A DNA stretch of 10,557 nucleotides from a candidate division WOR-3 bacterium (GTDB lineage Bacteria; Hydrothermota; UBA3072; B12-G15). The notes beneath the pieces were generated by a model. That model saw only the letters and a list, made by a program, of their open reading frames with translations, was not told the origin of the DNA and did not search any database. Location: positions 1 to 10,557 of the forward strand of contig CBFGJG010000061.1 in the NCBI GenBank assembly GCA_965649055.1, given 5' to 3'. This document shows positions 1 through 9,100 of the stretch, piece by piece. Numbering within the stretch: the stretch's first letter is position 1; every line of letters begins with the position of its first letter. The translations under genes were made by a program, and so were the position numbers.

Positions 1-1
1 A

Positions 2-2251
2 CCCTGTTAAAGAACCGTAATTCTTTACTTTCACAACAAGGTCAAATGTTTCACCAGGATTTATCTTATAATTTTTATTTCCTGAACCTGTTATTGTATC
101 AAATACAGAATATGAAAGGAGGGTTATATAAGGACCTGATGAAGTTATAACTTGTATTGAATCTTCATAGGGTCTAAAATTCTTTGCTGTTATAGTAAGA
201 TAAATTTTTCCAATACTCGTTGTATTTATATTGAAAGAAATTGAACCAGTTCCATCAGTGAAACCAAAACTATATACTTCTTCACCTTTCATAAGGCAGA
301 CAAGTGCATTAGCAAGAGGTGTTGTTCCATCAGACTTTTTTGCAGATATAGAAACAATAGAATTTCCAAGCGGAACAGTCGTTGGAAAACCCGCTATTAT
401 GTTTTGTGGTTCATCAGTCCAGATAGGAAGTTCAGGGTCACCGAATAATGATAATTCATATATACACCATCTTGTCTTAGCATATCTTCCCGTTGAATCA
501 GCATAAGGGACCCATTGGTCTTTTGCTGCATGATGAACCTGTCCAAGTTTATAAAGACCATCATAGAATATCCTTCTATGAAATGTTGTATCAATTCTTT
601 CTGAAGGGCCAGGGACATAATCACCACCATATACTGCACCCCATCCATATCTTGTATTAAAAATAACTGCAATGGCACCTCCACCAATTCTATTAACAAG
701 ATGTTCAGCAAAGCAATCACCAGAAGGTGTTTCATCCCATGCACCTGTAAAACATGCTATGGAATTGAAAATACCTAACTTGTTTCCATTTGTAAGACCA
801 TCAGCGAGTGTAGAAGTAAGATAAGGAGTAGAAGTGCTTAGGTAAATTCCATCTTGATTACCATGACCATTCCATTGACCTAATCCATAACCGGAATTCA
901 ATGAATCGACCATTGCACCTGCATTAAGATTACCAATTCTTTCGTACAATTTCGTATCCCTCCAACCTGCTGGGGTCATATCTGCAATTGAATCCAAAAG
1001 ATAGTCACTCTCTTCATATGTGGTCCACAAGATTGCACCTGGAAGGAGCATTTTCTTGATATAGCCAGATGGTGGGTTTTTTTCATAAGCAAGAACCTTG
1101 TTTACAAAATTTTGAGCTTCTGCAATATTATCTACAGATGCCCTTCCAACATAAACATCTGCATACATATCAACATTATCAGTAAGTTCCCCAAAAACAT
1201 TATTACCATCATAATTCCAGTTTCCATCTAAATCCGCATAATATAAATCACAAGGTATTGTGTCTTCATCATAGTAATATCCAGCATAAGATTTAATATA
1301 CCATGCATCCCTTGCAGGTATTATATTTTCACCTGCTGTTTTATGGTCTGCTGCACCTCCTAATAACACATAGACTGTACCCCATGTATTATGGGCATCT
1401 ATGATAAAATTCCTTATCTTTTCTTGTATATCAACACCAGTATAATTTGAATTTATCCAAGTCCTTGTTACCATCTTCGCAGGAACACCTTTCTTTGTCT
1501 TCCATTGAACGAGTCTGTTGAAACATGTATCTATTGGGGGTTCTGAGATCACAACATAAAGAACGGTATCAGGTGAAAGCAAAGAAGGAGTTAATATTGT
1601 TGGATTACCAACTATTGGAGAAAATGTCTTCACATCGTTTGGGTTTACTACTATTTTATCTATTTCTTCCTCAAATATCCTTTTTTGAAACTCTGATGGA
1701 ATATAATTTGGGTATTTACCTTCTTTATAAATAACTTTATAAGTAATCTTCGATGCAAAATACAATTTCTTTTTTATAGGATTATAACGCAATGGAAAAA
1801 GCTGAACCCCAACCAGGCTAAAACCATTCTTATTCCCATGATGAACAATTTTTATCTTTTCATACGGAAAAACCTGATCATTGTTATACACAGAGGTATT
1901 AGGTATAGGTGGTTCAATATTGAAGATCTTTCCAGGCATTGGTAGGGGGATATCTGGTTGAGACGGAAGAATACTGAATTCACCGGGTAGTTCTACAACC
2001 TCTTCAGATACTATTTCAACACCCACAGGAATAGAGCCAGATGGTATTAAGACATTATCCCTTACATCAGGGAGCCTCGGTAAGCCTACATCAGATATTG
2101 CAGGATAACCTTTTAGTTCTACAACATTATATTCACCAACACTCCGAATTCGCAGATCTTTTTCAGAAAAACTCTTAACCACCACTAGTTCACCAGCACT
2201 TAGATAACAGACAAACAAAACTACAAACAACATAAAAAACCTTTTAAACAT
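2..2251 (-). CDS. Secreted gingipain-like cysteine peptidase, family C25 (signal peptide, propeptide, catalytic domain, Ig-like domains); 3' end beyond the window, at least 750 aa
   Basis: My manual translation gives an uninterrupted frame from ATG at 2251 (GGAGG 4 nt upstream) to the window edge. The N-terminus MFKRFFMLFVVLFVCYLSA-G looks like a signal peptide. Propeptide-like motifs: GLPRLP...VLIP, FPLRYNP. C25 motifs: LVQWKTKKG, IRNFI...WGTVYVLLGG, DLYYADLDG, DVYVGR, WNGHG (His463, codon 863-865), NSIACFTG (Cys500, codon 752-754), CFAEHL...GGAIA, LFGDPELPIW. These are followed by beta-rich domains (ALVCL, LTITAKNFRPY, INPGETFDLVVKVKNYG). Confidence 0.93.
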   Translation of the reverse strand, partial: MFKRFFMLFVVLFVCYLSAGELVVVKSFSEKDLRIRSVGEYNVVELKGYPAISDVGLPRLPDVRDNVLIPSGSIPVGVEIVSEEVVELPGEFSILPSQPDIPLPMPGKIFNIEPPIPNTSVYNNDQVFPYEKIKIVHHGNKNGFSLVGVQLFPLRYNPIKKKLYFASKITYKVIYKEGKYPNYIPSEFQKRIFEEEIDKIVVNPNDVKTFSPIVGNPTILTPSLLSPDTVLYVVISEPPIDTCFNRLVQWKTKKGVPAKMVTRTWINSNYTGVDIQEKIRNFIIDAHNTWGTVYVLLGGAADHKTAGENIIPARDAWYIKSYAGYYYDEDTIPCDLYYADLDGNWNYDGNNVFGELTDNVDMYADVYVGRASVDNIAEAQNFVNKVLAYEKNPPSGYIKKMLLPGAILWTTYEESDYLLDSIADMTPAGWRDTKLYERIGNLNAGAMVDSLNSGYGLGQWNGHGNQDGIYLSTSTPYLTSTLADGLTNGNKLGIFNSIACFTGAWDETPSGDCFAEHLVNRIGGGAIAVIFNTRYGWGAVYGGDYVPGPSERIDTTFHRRIFYDGLYKLGQVHHAAKDQWVPYADSTGRYAKTRWCIYELSLFGDPELPIWTDEPQNIIAGFPTTVPLGNSIVSISAKKSDGTTPLANALVCLMKGEEVYSFGFTDGTGSISFNINTTSIGKIYLTITAKNFRPYEDSIQVITSSGPYITLLSYSVFDTITGSGNKNYKINPGETFDLVVKVKNYGSLTG

Positions 2252-2255
2252 AAAA

Positions 2256-2260
2256 CCTCC
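2256..2260 (-). promoter_or_regulatory. Shine-Dalgarno site of the C25 peptidase gene
   Basis: The minus strand reads aaggGAGGttttATG, i.e. GGAGG just upstream of the ATG at 2251. Confidence 0.85.
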
Positions 2261-2293
2261 CTTTTTTGTTAATACTAAAAAATATTGTTCCCG

Positions 2294-2302
2294 ATTATAA
2301 CA
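2294..2302 (-). promoter_or_regulatory. Putative sigma70 extended -10 element (TGnTATAAT) for the C25 gene
   Basis: The minus strand reads TG-T-TATAAT about 43 nt upstream of the ATG. The -35 position is a poor match (TATCGC or TTATCG). Confidence 0.55.
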
Positions 2303-2310
2303 AATTGATA
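2298..2310 (-). promoter_or_regulatory. Second IHF-consensus match overlapping the putative -10
   Basis: The minus strand TATCAA-TTTG-TTA fits WATCAANNNNTTR. Confidence 0.3.
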
Positions 2311-2332
2311 ATGAATGCGATAAAATTTTAAG

Positions 2333-2351
2333 TGTAGCACATCTTGATACA
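2333..2351. promoter_or_regulatory. Imperfect palindromic operator-like box 1 (TGTAGCAcatctTGATACA)
   Basis: 19-bp TGT...ACA dyad. It matches box 2 at 13 of 14 arm positions and has the same 5-nt spacer. Confidence 0.6.
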
Positions 2352-2371
2352 GTTATATTTTATTTTTAATT

Positions 2372-2384
2372 TAATCTATTGATA
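2372..2384 (-). promoter_or_regulatory. IHF-consensus match between the two boxes
   Basis: The minus strand TATCAA-TAGA-TTA fits WATCAANNNNTTR and sits in an AT-rich tract roughly midway between the boxes. Confidence 0.4.
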
Positions 2385-2399
2385 TTAAGTTAGATATAA

Positions 2400-2418
2400 T
2401 GTAGCAAATTTTGCTACA
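2400..2418. promoter_or_regulatory. Perfect palindromic operator-like box 2 (TGTAGCAAA-T-TTTGCTACA); alternatively a weak terminator hairpin for the kinase operon
   Basis: Perfect 9-bp inverted arms around one central base, 32 nt past the stop codon at 2451. A related copy lies at 2333-2351. Confidence 0.65.
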
Positions 2419-2450
2419 CTATGTCTATTTGGGTGTTATTTGGATTGTAT

Positions 2451-5400
2451 TTATAATATGTCTCTTATTTTATCAATTATTTCAAATATTGATTTTTTAT
2501 TATTTATATAAATTTCTTTGAGGTTTTGGTCCTCAATCTCATGGTATGCTATATCCAGAATCCTTATAGTTTCTTTTAAATGGGAATATGCATTTCTTAT
2601 GAAACCTGATTTTAGATAAGATAATGCTAAATAGTAGTTGCATATATACAGAAATTCAATATGATTGGTTCTCTCTGCAATATCTAATGCTTTAATGAAA
2701 TAAATCCTTGAAATTACTGGTTCATTTTCAAATAAAATCAGACCTTTCAAAAATTCTTTCCCAAACAGATGGATCCATGATTCTGAACTTAACATAGAAA
2801 ACATATTATAATAATATTCCATTTTATCTAATTCACCTATTTTATAAAGTATATTGATACATTCAAAAAATATCTCTTCCTTGGGGACAGTAATTGACTT
2901 TAAATCCTCAGAGTCTTCTATCAATTTAAAAAATTCTAATGTTTTTTCCTTATTTCCCAAATATGCATAAAGTTTAGCTAAACCAATATATGCTTCTGTA
3001 ATAACAGATTTTATTCCTATGTTCCGGGCCTCATTCAAGGCAATTTCTAAATTTTTTCTTGCATTTTCATAATCTCCAATATCTGTAAGCACAAGACCTA
3101 ACAAGATATTTGAGATTGCAATATAATATCTTTCTCCGCATTTCTCTGAAAGTTCAACTGCTTCTTCAAACCATTTTATACTTTTACCAAGATGCCCTGA
3201 TTTGAAATTAACCATTCCTATACTGAAAAGAGAGCCAATAATACCGTGAAGGTCTTTTGTTTCTTTGAAAATCTCAAGTGCTTTTGAAAATACTGAAATT
3301 GAATCTTCAAAATTTCCCATCAACAAATTTAAAAAACCAATATTCTGTAAACCTACACCCATACCTTTTATATCTCCTATCTCTTCTTTTATCTCTAAAG
3401 ATTTATTTTGCAGTTCAAGTGCTTCTCTATATTTTCCCTTCTCTCTTAATACAACCCCTATGTTCCCAAGTGTTAAGGCAACACCCTGAATATCTCTAAT
3501 TTTTCTAAATATCTCGTTCGATTTTTTAAAATAGTCCATTGCATTATCATTATCATCTTTCTCAAGGTAGATCAAACCAATCGCATTCAAAGTAATTCCT
3601 ATTCTCTTTTTGTCATCTTTTGAAATATAATATTTAATTACCTCATTATGATATTTCATTGACTCCTCGTAATTCCCTGACATATAAAAAAGGCTGGCGA
3701 ATGCGGAAAGAATTTTAGTATAGAGTTCTTTATCTTTTTTGTGGGCAAATGATAACATTTTTTTTAGGATATTTTCAGCAGATTTATACTTCCCTAAATG
3801 CTGCTTAATTTTTGCAATATTCAAGTTTGAATATATAATATATTTTTTCTTTTTTATAAATTTTGAGATTTTCAAAGCATGTTCAAAAGCGTTGAAAGAT
3901 TCTTTAACCGAACCTGTAAAAAGTAGTATTTCACCCAATTTTGAATATGTTTCAAAAAGTTTCTCTTTTGAAAATGAATTTTTCAATTTTGAAATTAAAA
4001 TAATTTTTCGATAATAATTTATTGCCTCATTCGATGCAAATATTCTTTCGGCATTCTTTGCAGCCAATCGCATATAATTTATTGCTAAATTATATTTTTT
4101 CCCTTCGAAATAATGATAAGCCAACTGTGAGATTGTTTCTTCTTTTAATGATTTAATACTTTTTATTATTTTTGCTGCTTTTCTGTGCAAATAAATTTTT
4201 TTCTTTGTAGGGAGAGAAAAATATATCTTTTTTCTTATTTCTTCCGATGAAAAACTGTATAATATCTGATCATTTGCCCTTATCTCTTTAATTATACCTT
4301 TTTTAACGAAAAATTTCAAGTTATTATAAATATTATTGGAAAATTTTCTATTCAAAAAAAGAAGTATTTTAGGAGACCAAACGGATGGGAAAATTGAGGC
4401 ATATTTAAGTAGTTCCTTCTCAGATGAATCCAGATTTTTAATACTTTCATCAAAAAATGTATCTATTCCCTTGAATTTAATACCACTTATCAATATATCT
4501 TTGTTGATAGTCCATTTAGCATCTTTAAACCTCAATTTTCTTTTTTCAATCAATTCTTGAATAATTAGCTGAACAAATAGCGGGTTCCCTCCAGATCCAG
4601 AAAACAAAATTGGGCTAAGTTTTTCCGCAATATATTTATCTTTAACAAGGGACATTATAATCAGGTTTACACAATTTTTATCTAATGGATTTAACATAAT
4701 CTTCAAAATATTTTTATCTTCTTTAAAATCTGAGATATCTTCTGTAGATGTAATTATAATTTTGATATTTCTTCTATTTAGACTACTTATCAAATATCTT
4801 AAAAATTCTGTATCTATTGACACCCCTTTATCTACATCATCAATTATTATTAAAAAATCCCCTATAATTTTTCTTGCAAATTCTAAGAAGCGAATAATAT
4901 TTTCAAATAGCTGTAATTTATCATATTCAATTTTTTCCCCAATAACATTGTTAGTTTCAATTTCCGGGAAAAGTGTGTATAAGAAAGGCATAAATGTTTT
5001 AATATCATCAAAATGGTGAGTTTGACAAAGCAAAAAAATTTCTTTCACCAATAGTTTGATGTTTTCTAAAGGCTCCTTTTTTTCGGATTCATATTTTAAT
5101 ATGAACAACTTTATACCTTCTATCTGAGCCCAGATAGAAAACTCGTCTATAAGCCTTGTCTTACCTATTCCTTTGGGACCGATAATGAAAATCTTTTCAA
5201 TTTCATTACTCAAAAAAACTTTCTTTAATGTCTCAAGTTCTTTTTCTCTTCCCACAAATGGAGTATTAATTAAAATATTTCTTAGTTCTTCATATGTTTC
5301 ACAAAGATAACGGGGTTTTACGAAAGTATTTATTTCGTGAATAATTTCATTCGCAAAATTAAATCTATTATTTGGATCTTTTTCAAGAAGCTTTTCAACA

Positions 5401-6131
5401 ATAATCTTAAATTGAAGAGGACAGTCAATATCCTTTAAAAGTTCTATTGGTGGTCTTTCTTTCAAATGCGCTGAAATTATTTCCTTTAAATTTTCTCCTC
5501 TGAAAGGTGGCTCACCAGCTAGCACTTCAAACAACATAACACCAAGAGAGTATAGATCTGCCCTATGATCTACCAGCCCTCCTCTTAGTATTTCTGGGGC
5601 AATATATATAGGGGTGCCATAGATAAATTCGATATTACTTATTTTTCCACTTCTTGCCAGCCCAAAATCCAAAATCTTTACATTTCCATTAGTTATTAAA
5701 ACATTTAATGGTTTTAAGTCCAAGTGTATTATCCCTTTAAAATGAATATATTGTAATGCTTGCAGAAATTGAACAACAATGTCAAAAAATTTTTTCCATT
5801 TATTCTGATCATTTGATAAAACATAATCTCTAAGTGTCTTATAGAAATTCGACCCCTCAATATATTCCATTGTATAATAATATTTGCCATCAAAAAATCC
5901 AAAATCATACACATGACAAAGATTTTTATGATTCATTTGTTTTAACATTTGAAATTCACATTTGAGTTGGAATAAGTCTTCAACTTGAGAGATCTCTTTT
6001 CTGATGATCTTTAGTGCTAATATTTTATTTGTTAAAATATTGATAGATTTAAAAACCTCTCCCATCCCTCCACTTCCTATTTTCTGTATAATTTTATATT
6101 TCCCGTCAATAACTAAATTTTCTACGCTCAT
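2451..6131 (-). CDS. Ser/Thr protein kinase - STAND NTPase (AAA_16-like) - TPR protein, copy A (1226 aa)
   Basis: Kinase motifs: IGSGGMGEV, LALK, HLDLKPLN, LDFG, GTPIYIAPE, DLYSLG. NTPase motifs: FVGREKEL, Walker A GPKGIGKT (5157-5180), Walker B IIIDDVD, GGNPLF (GNP at 4581-4589). Then LAYHY..G and TPR-like repeats (TLNAIGLIY, TLGNIGVVL, GLQNIGFL, SLFSIGMV). No signal peptide or transmembrane segment is evident. Confidence 0.93.
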   Translation of the reverse strand: MSVENLVIDGKYKIIQKIGSGGMGEVFKSINILTNKILALKIIRKEISQVEDLFQLKCEFQMLKQMNHKNLCHVYDFGFFDGKYYYTMEYIEGSNFYKTLRDYVLSNDQNKWKKFFDIVVQFLQALQYIHFKGIIHLDLKPLNVLITNGNVKILDFGLARSGKISNIEFIYGTPIYIAPEILRGGLVDHRADLYSLGVMLFEVLAGEPPFRGENLKEIISAHLKERPPIELLKDIDCPLQFKIIVEKLLEKDPNNRFNFANEIIHEINTFVKPRYLCETYEELRNILINTPFVGREKELETLKKVFLSNEIEKIFIIGPKGIGKTRLIDEFSIWAQIEGIKLFILKYESEKKEPLENIKLLVKEIFLLCQTHHFDDIKTFMPFLYTLFPEIETNNVIGEKIEYDKLQLFENIIRFLEFARKIIGDFLIIIDDVDKGVSIDTEFLRYLISSLNRRNIKIIITSTEDISDFKEDKNILKIMLNPLDKNCVNLIIMSLVKDKYIAEKLSPILFSGSGGNPLFVQLIIQELIEKRKLRFKDAKWTINKDILISGIKFKGIDTFFDESIKNLDSSEKELLKYASIFPSVWSPKILLFLNRKFSNNIYNNLKFFVKKGIIKEIRANDQILYSFSSEEIRKKIYFSLPTKKKIYLHRKAAKIIKSIKSLKEETISQLAYHYFEGKKYNLAINYMRLAAKNAERIFASNEAINYYRKIILISKLKNSFSKEKLFETYSKLGEILLFTGSVKESFNAFEHALKISKFIKKKKYIIYSNLNIAKIKQHLGKYKSAENILKKMLSFAHKKDKELYTKILSAFASLFYMSGNYEESMKYHNEVIKYYISKDDKKRIGITLNAIGLIYLEKDDNDNAMDYFKKSNEIFRKIRDIQGVALTLGNIGVVLREKGKYREALELQNKSLEIKEEIGDIKGMGVGLQNIGFLNLLMGNFEDSISVFSKALEIFKETKDLHGIIGSLFSIGMVNFKSGHLGKSIKWFEEAVELSEKCGERYYIAISNILLGLVLTDIGDYENARKNLEIALNEARNIGIKSVITEAYIGLAKLYAYLGNKEKTLEFFKLIEDSEDLKSITVPKEEIFFECINILYKIGELDKMEYYYNMFSMLSSESWIHLFGKEFLKGLILFENEPVISRIYFIKALDIAERTNHIEFLYICNYYLALSYLKSGFIRNAYSHLKETIRILDIAYHEIEDQNLKEIYINNKKSIFEIIDKIRDIL

Positions 6132-6134
6132 TAT

Positions 6135-9100
6135 CTATTTAAAATTCTCTTCTAATAAATCCTTTAATTTATTAACTATTTCAAATACTAACTTCCTTTT
6201 CGGATTTTTCAAAAATTTGATTTTCAGTCCTTCATCTTCAATCTCGTTACACATTTCTTCAAGGTATATAATCGCCTTCTTACAGCAATCAAAGGCATTT
6301 TTATAATATCTTTTTTCAAGATAATAATTTCCAAGATATGTGTATATTTCAAAAAGTGAATCTTTTAAATTCATCTTTTTTGCAATTAACCTTGCATTTT
6401 CCAAACATTCCTTTTTATCTGTAGTATCTGGGAGTAATGACTTTATCAAATAAGCTTTTACTAAAAAAACATTATTGCTCGTCTTCTCCAAATGTTCAAA
6501 CATTTTATTCAAATTATATATACCCTCATCAATATTTCCTGAATTCAAATAAAGTTCCGAAAGTAATGAATATGCATAAATCTTTAATGAAGTATCATTA
6601 TTTTTTATTGCTGTTTCAAGCCCCTGTCGTAAATAGTTTTCAGCTTTTGAAAAATCCCCTGCATAAAATAAATCAGAACCATATCCGATTAAAACATTAC
6701 TCTCAAATTTTCCCAGTCCAAATTTTTTTATATATTCAAAGCATTCTAAATGTAATTCTTCAGCTTTTTTTATATCCCCTATTTCTCTTAAAATATTTGC
6801 TAAATTATTTTGTGCTATTAAAAACATATGTCTTTCATTTATCTTATTGGATAACTCTACTGATTCTTTAAAATAATTTAATCCCTGTTGATAAGTTTGA
6901 GTTGTAGAATAAACTTCTCCAAGTGCAATGTATGTTGTTAATATCCCTCTTTTTTCTCCGATGCTTTCAAATAGAGTTAATGCCTTCTTTAATGTATCAA
7001 TAGCATCGTTAAACCTACATTGACTTGATAGAATGCCCCCAATATCTCTTAAACAAGCAGCGATTCCCTGTGTATCTCCTACCTCTTCAAAATATTTCAT
7101 AGCAGTTTTATATCCTCTCAATGCTTTTCGAATTAGAAGGTTAGGCACATAGTAAACACTACTTAATGTATGAAGATTCCTGGCAATACTTCTTTTATCC
7201 TTCTGTTTTTTAAATATTCTTAATGATTTTTTCAGGTATATATACGCCTTTTCAGTTTCACCCAAATTATAATAAACCAAGCCTATATTGTGACAAATAC
7301 CTGCATAACGAATTCTATCTTTTATTTTTTTAAAAACTGGGAGAGATTTCGTATAATAATCTAAAGCCTTATTGTTTTCACCCATAGTCCAATATACTGA
7401 ACCAATAAAGCTTAGATTTCTTGCAATCTTTCCATCGTCCTTCAAATTTTCCCAAATCTCTAAAGACATTTTATGAAATTTTATGCTATCTTGAAAATTT
7501 CCCAATCTCCAGGAGACAATCCCAAGATTTTCATAGGCATCAGCAAGTAATTTTTTATCATTTAATGTCTTGGCAACCTCAACAAATTCAGAATAAACAT
7601 CATATGCCTTTCCGTATTCTCCCTCTAGTTCAAATGTAGAACCAAGTTTTAAATAAACTTCTACAGAATCATCAGGTCTAAATAGATCTTGATTATTTTT
7701 ATAAATATCTATGCATTTACGAAAATTTGAAATTGCACGATTTGGTAAATATTTTTTTCTTGCATTCTCAGCAGCTATTTTGAAATAATCAAATGCTTTT
7801 TTAAAATTTTGACCTTTTAAAAAATATTCCGCAACATCTTCAGCATAATTATGTAAATTCTCACAATATACTTTTTCAAATGTTGAACCGAGTTCAAAAT
7901 ATAAATTAACAAGTTCCTTTTCGCTTATGTTTCTAAAAATTAATTCTTTCAATTCTAACTGTGAAATGTAGTAAGATGCAATACCATCTATGATTTCTTC
8001 CAAAATTAGTTTTTTCTCTAATAAGAACGATAGTTCCTTCTTAAGTTCATCCGATTCCATATTCCCAACATATTTTATTATATCAAAGGGTAATTTACCA
8101 TTTGAAATTGCACATATTTTCATTATTTTTAATTGTGGTTCTGATAATTTATTTATTAATTCTTTCAATGAATCATTTAATTCAACAGTAAAATTAATTT
8201 TATCAAAGTCAATATCCCCTATGTCAATTCTACCTTGCTCATAAGATATTATCCCATCCTTCAATAATTTTTTCAATAGCAATTTAATATACATTGGATT
8301 ACCATTTGTTTTAGAATAAACCTTCTCTGAAAGCTCATCTAACTTTTTGCATTCAGGAAATGATTTTGATAAAAAGTATTTTGTTTTTTCAAGTGAAAAA
8401 TTTTCTAATGTAAATGTCGAAGATAAATTTTTTATTTTCAGTCTATTTAAAAAATCAATTATATAACTTGGGCATGACTGAAACTCACTTCTAATTGTAG
8501 CTAAAAATAAAATTTTACTTCCTATCAAATTCTCAATAATATATTGAAGTATTTCTAAAGATTCGGGGTCACACCATTGTAAATTTTCTATTATAAAAAT
8601 AACTTTCTCTCTGCTTTTATAGAATTCTAAAAGAAAATTTAATATATCATCAAAATACTGATTTTTTGGAGGAGTTGCAAATATCCTATTTTTTAAGTAT
8701 CCCTTATTTTTTATTAACGGAAATATTTGATATAGTGAATCAGCAAATCTTTCAATTAAATCTTTTCTTTCATTTTCACCTGAAGCTATAATGTTACCTA
8801 ATAAATGATTTAATAAAGCAAAAGCAGACATTTTAGATAAATTGCAAGAGACCTCAATAAATTCAACCTCTTCCATTTTTAAAAATTTTTTTATTACTCT
8901 TATCAAAGTAGATTTACCAACCCCTTTTTCTCCTTGAATTAAAATAAAATTTGTTCTGTTTATAAATATTTCATTTTTTATTTTTGAAATATCTTCAAAT
9001 TGGCAATAATTTTCTGAGACTATATCTTCATAATACAATTCCCCTAAATTAAATTCTGTGGATTCTCCTATAAATTGTTTCAATTCGTGCATGACTTCAT

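Noticed and set aside
231..1734. Short ORFs 231-506 (+), 397-744 (-) and 1525-1734 (+)
   Set aside because: They lie antisense or out of frame within the motif-rich C25 peptidase gene and show no recognisable domains.
2261..2330. Sigma54 -24/-12 promoter for the protease
   Set aside because: There is no TGGCAC-N5-TTGC. The nearest candidate, GGGAACAATATTTTTT, lacks the -12 GC.
2..6131. C25 as a caspase-like effector directly activated by the STAND proteins
   Set aside because: The protease has a signal peptide, a propeptide and its own promoter region, while the STAND proteins look cytoplasmic, so direct contact is unlikely.
2560..7920. TPR regions as DNA repeats, CRISPR array or DGR target
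   Set aside because: Repetition is only at the degenerate protein level. I saw no direct nucleotide repeats, spacers or reverse transcriptase.
3750..8900. A/T homopolymer runs of 7-8 nt in coding regions as phase-variation sites
   Set aside because: Such runs are expected in very AT-rich, Lys/Phe-rich genes, and both frames are intact.
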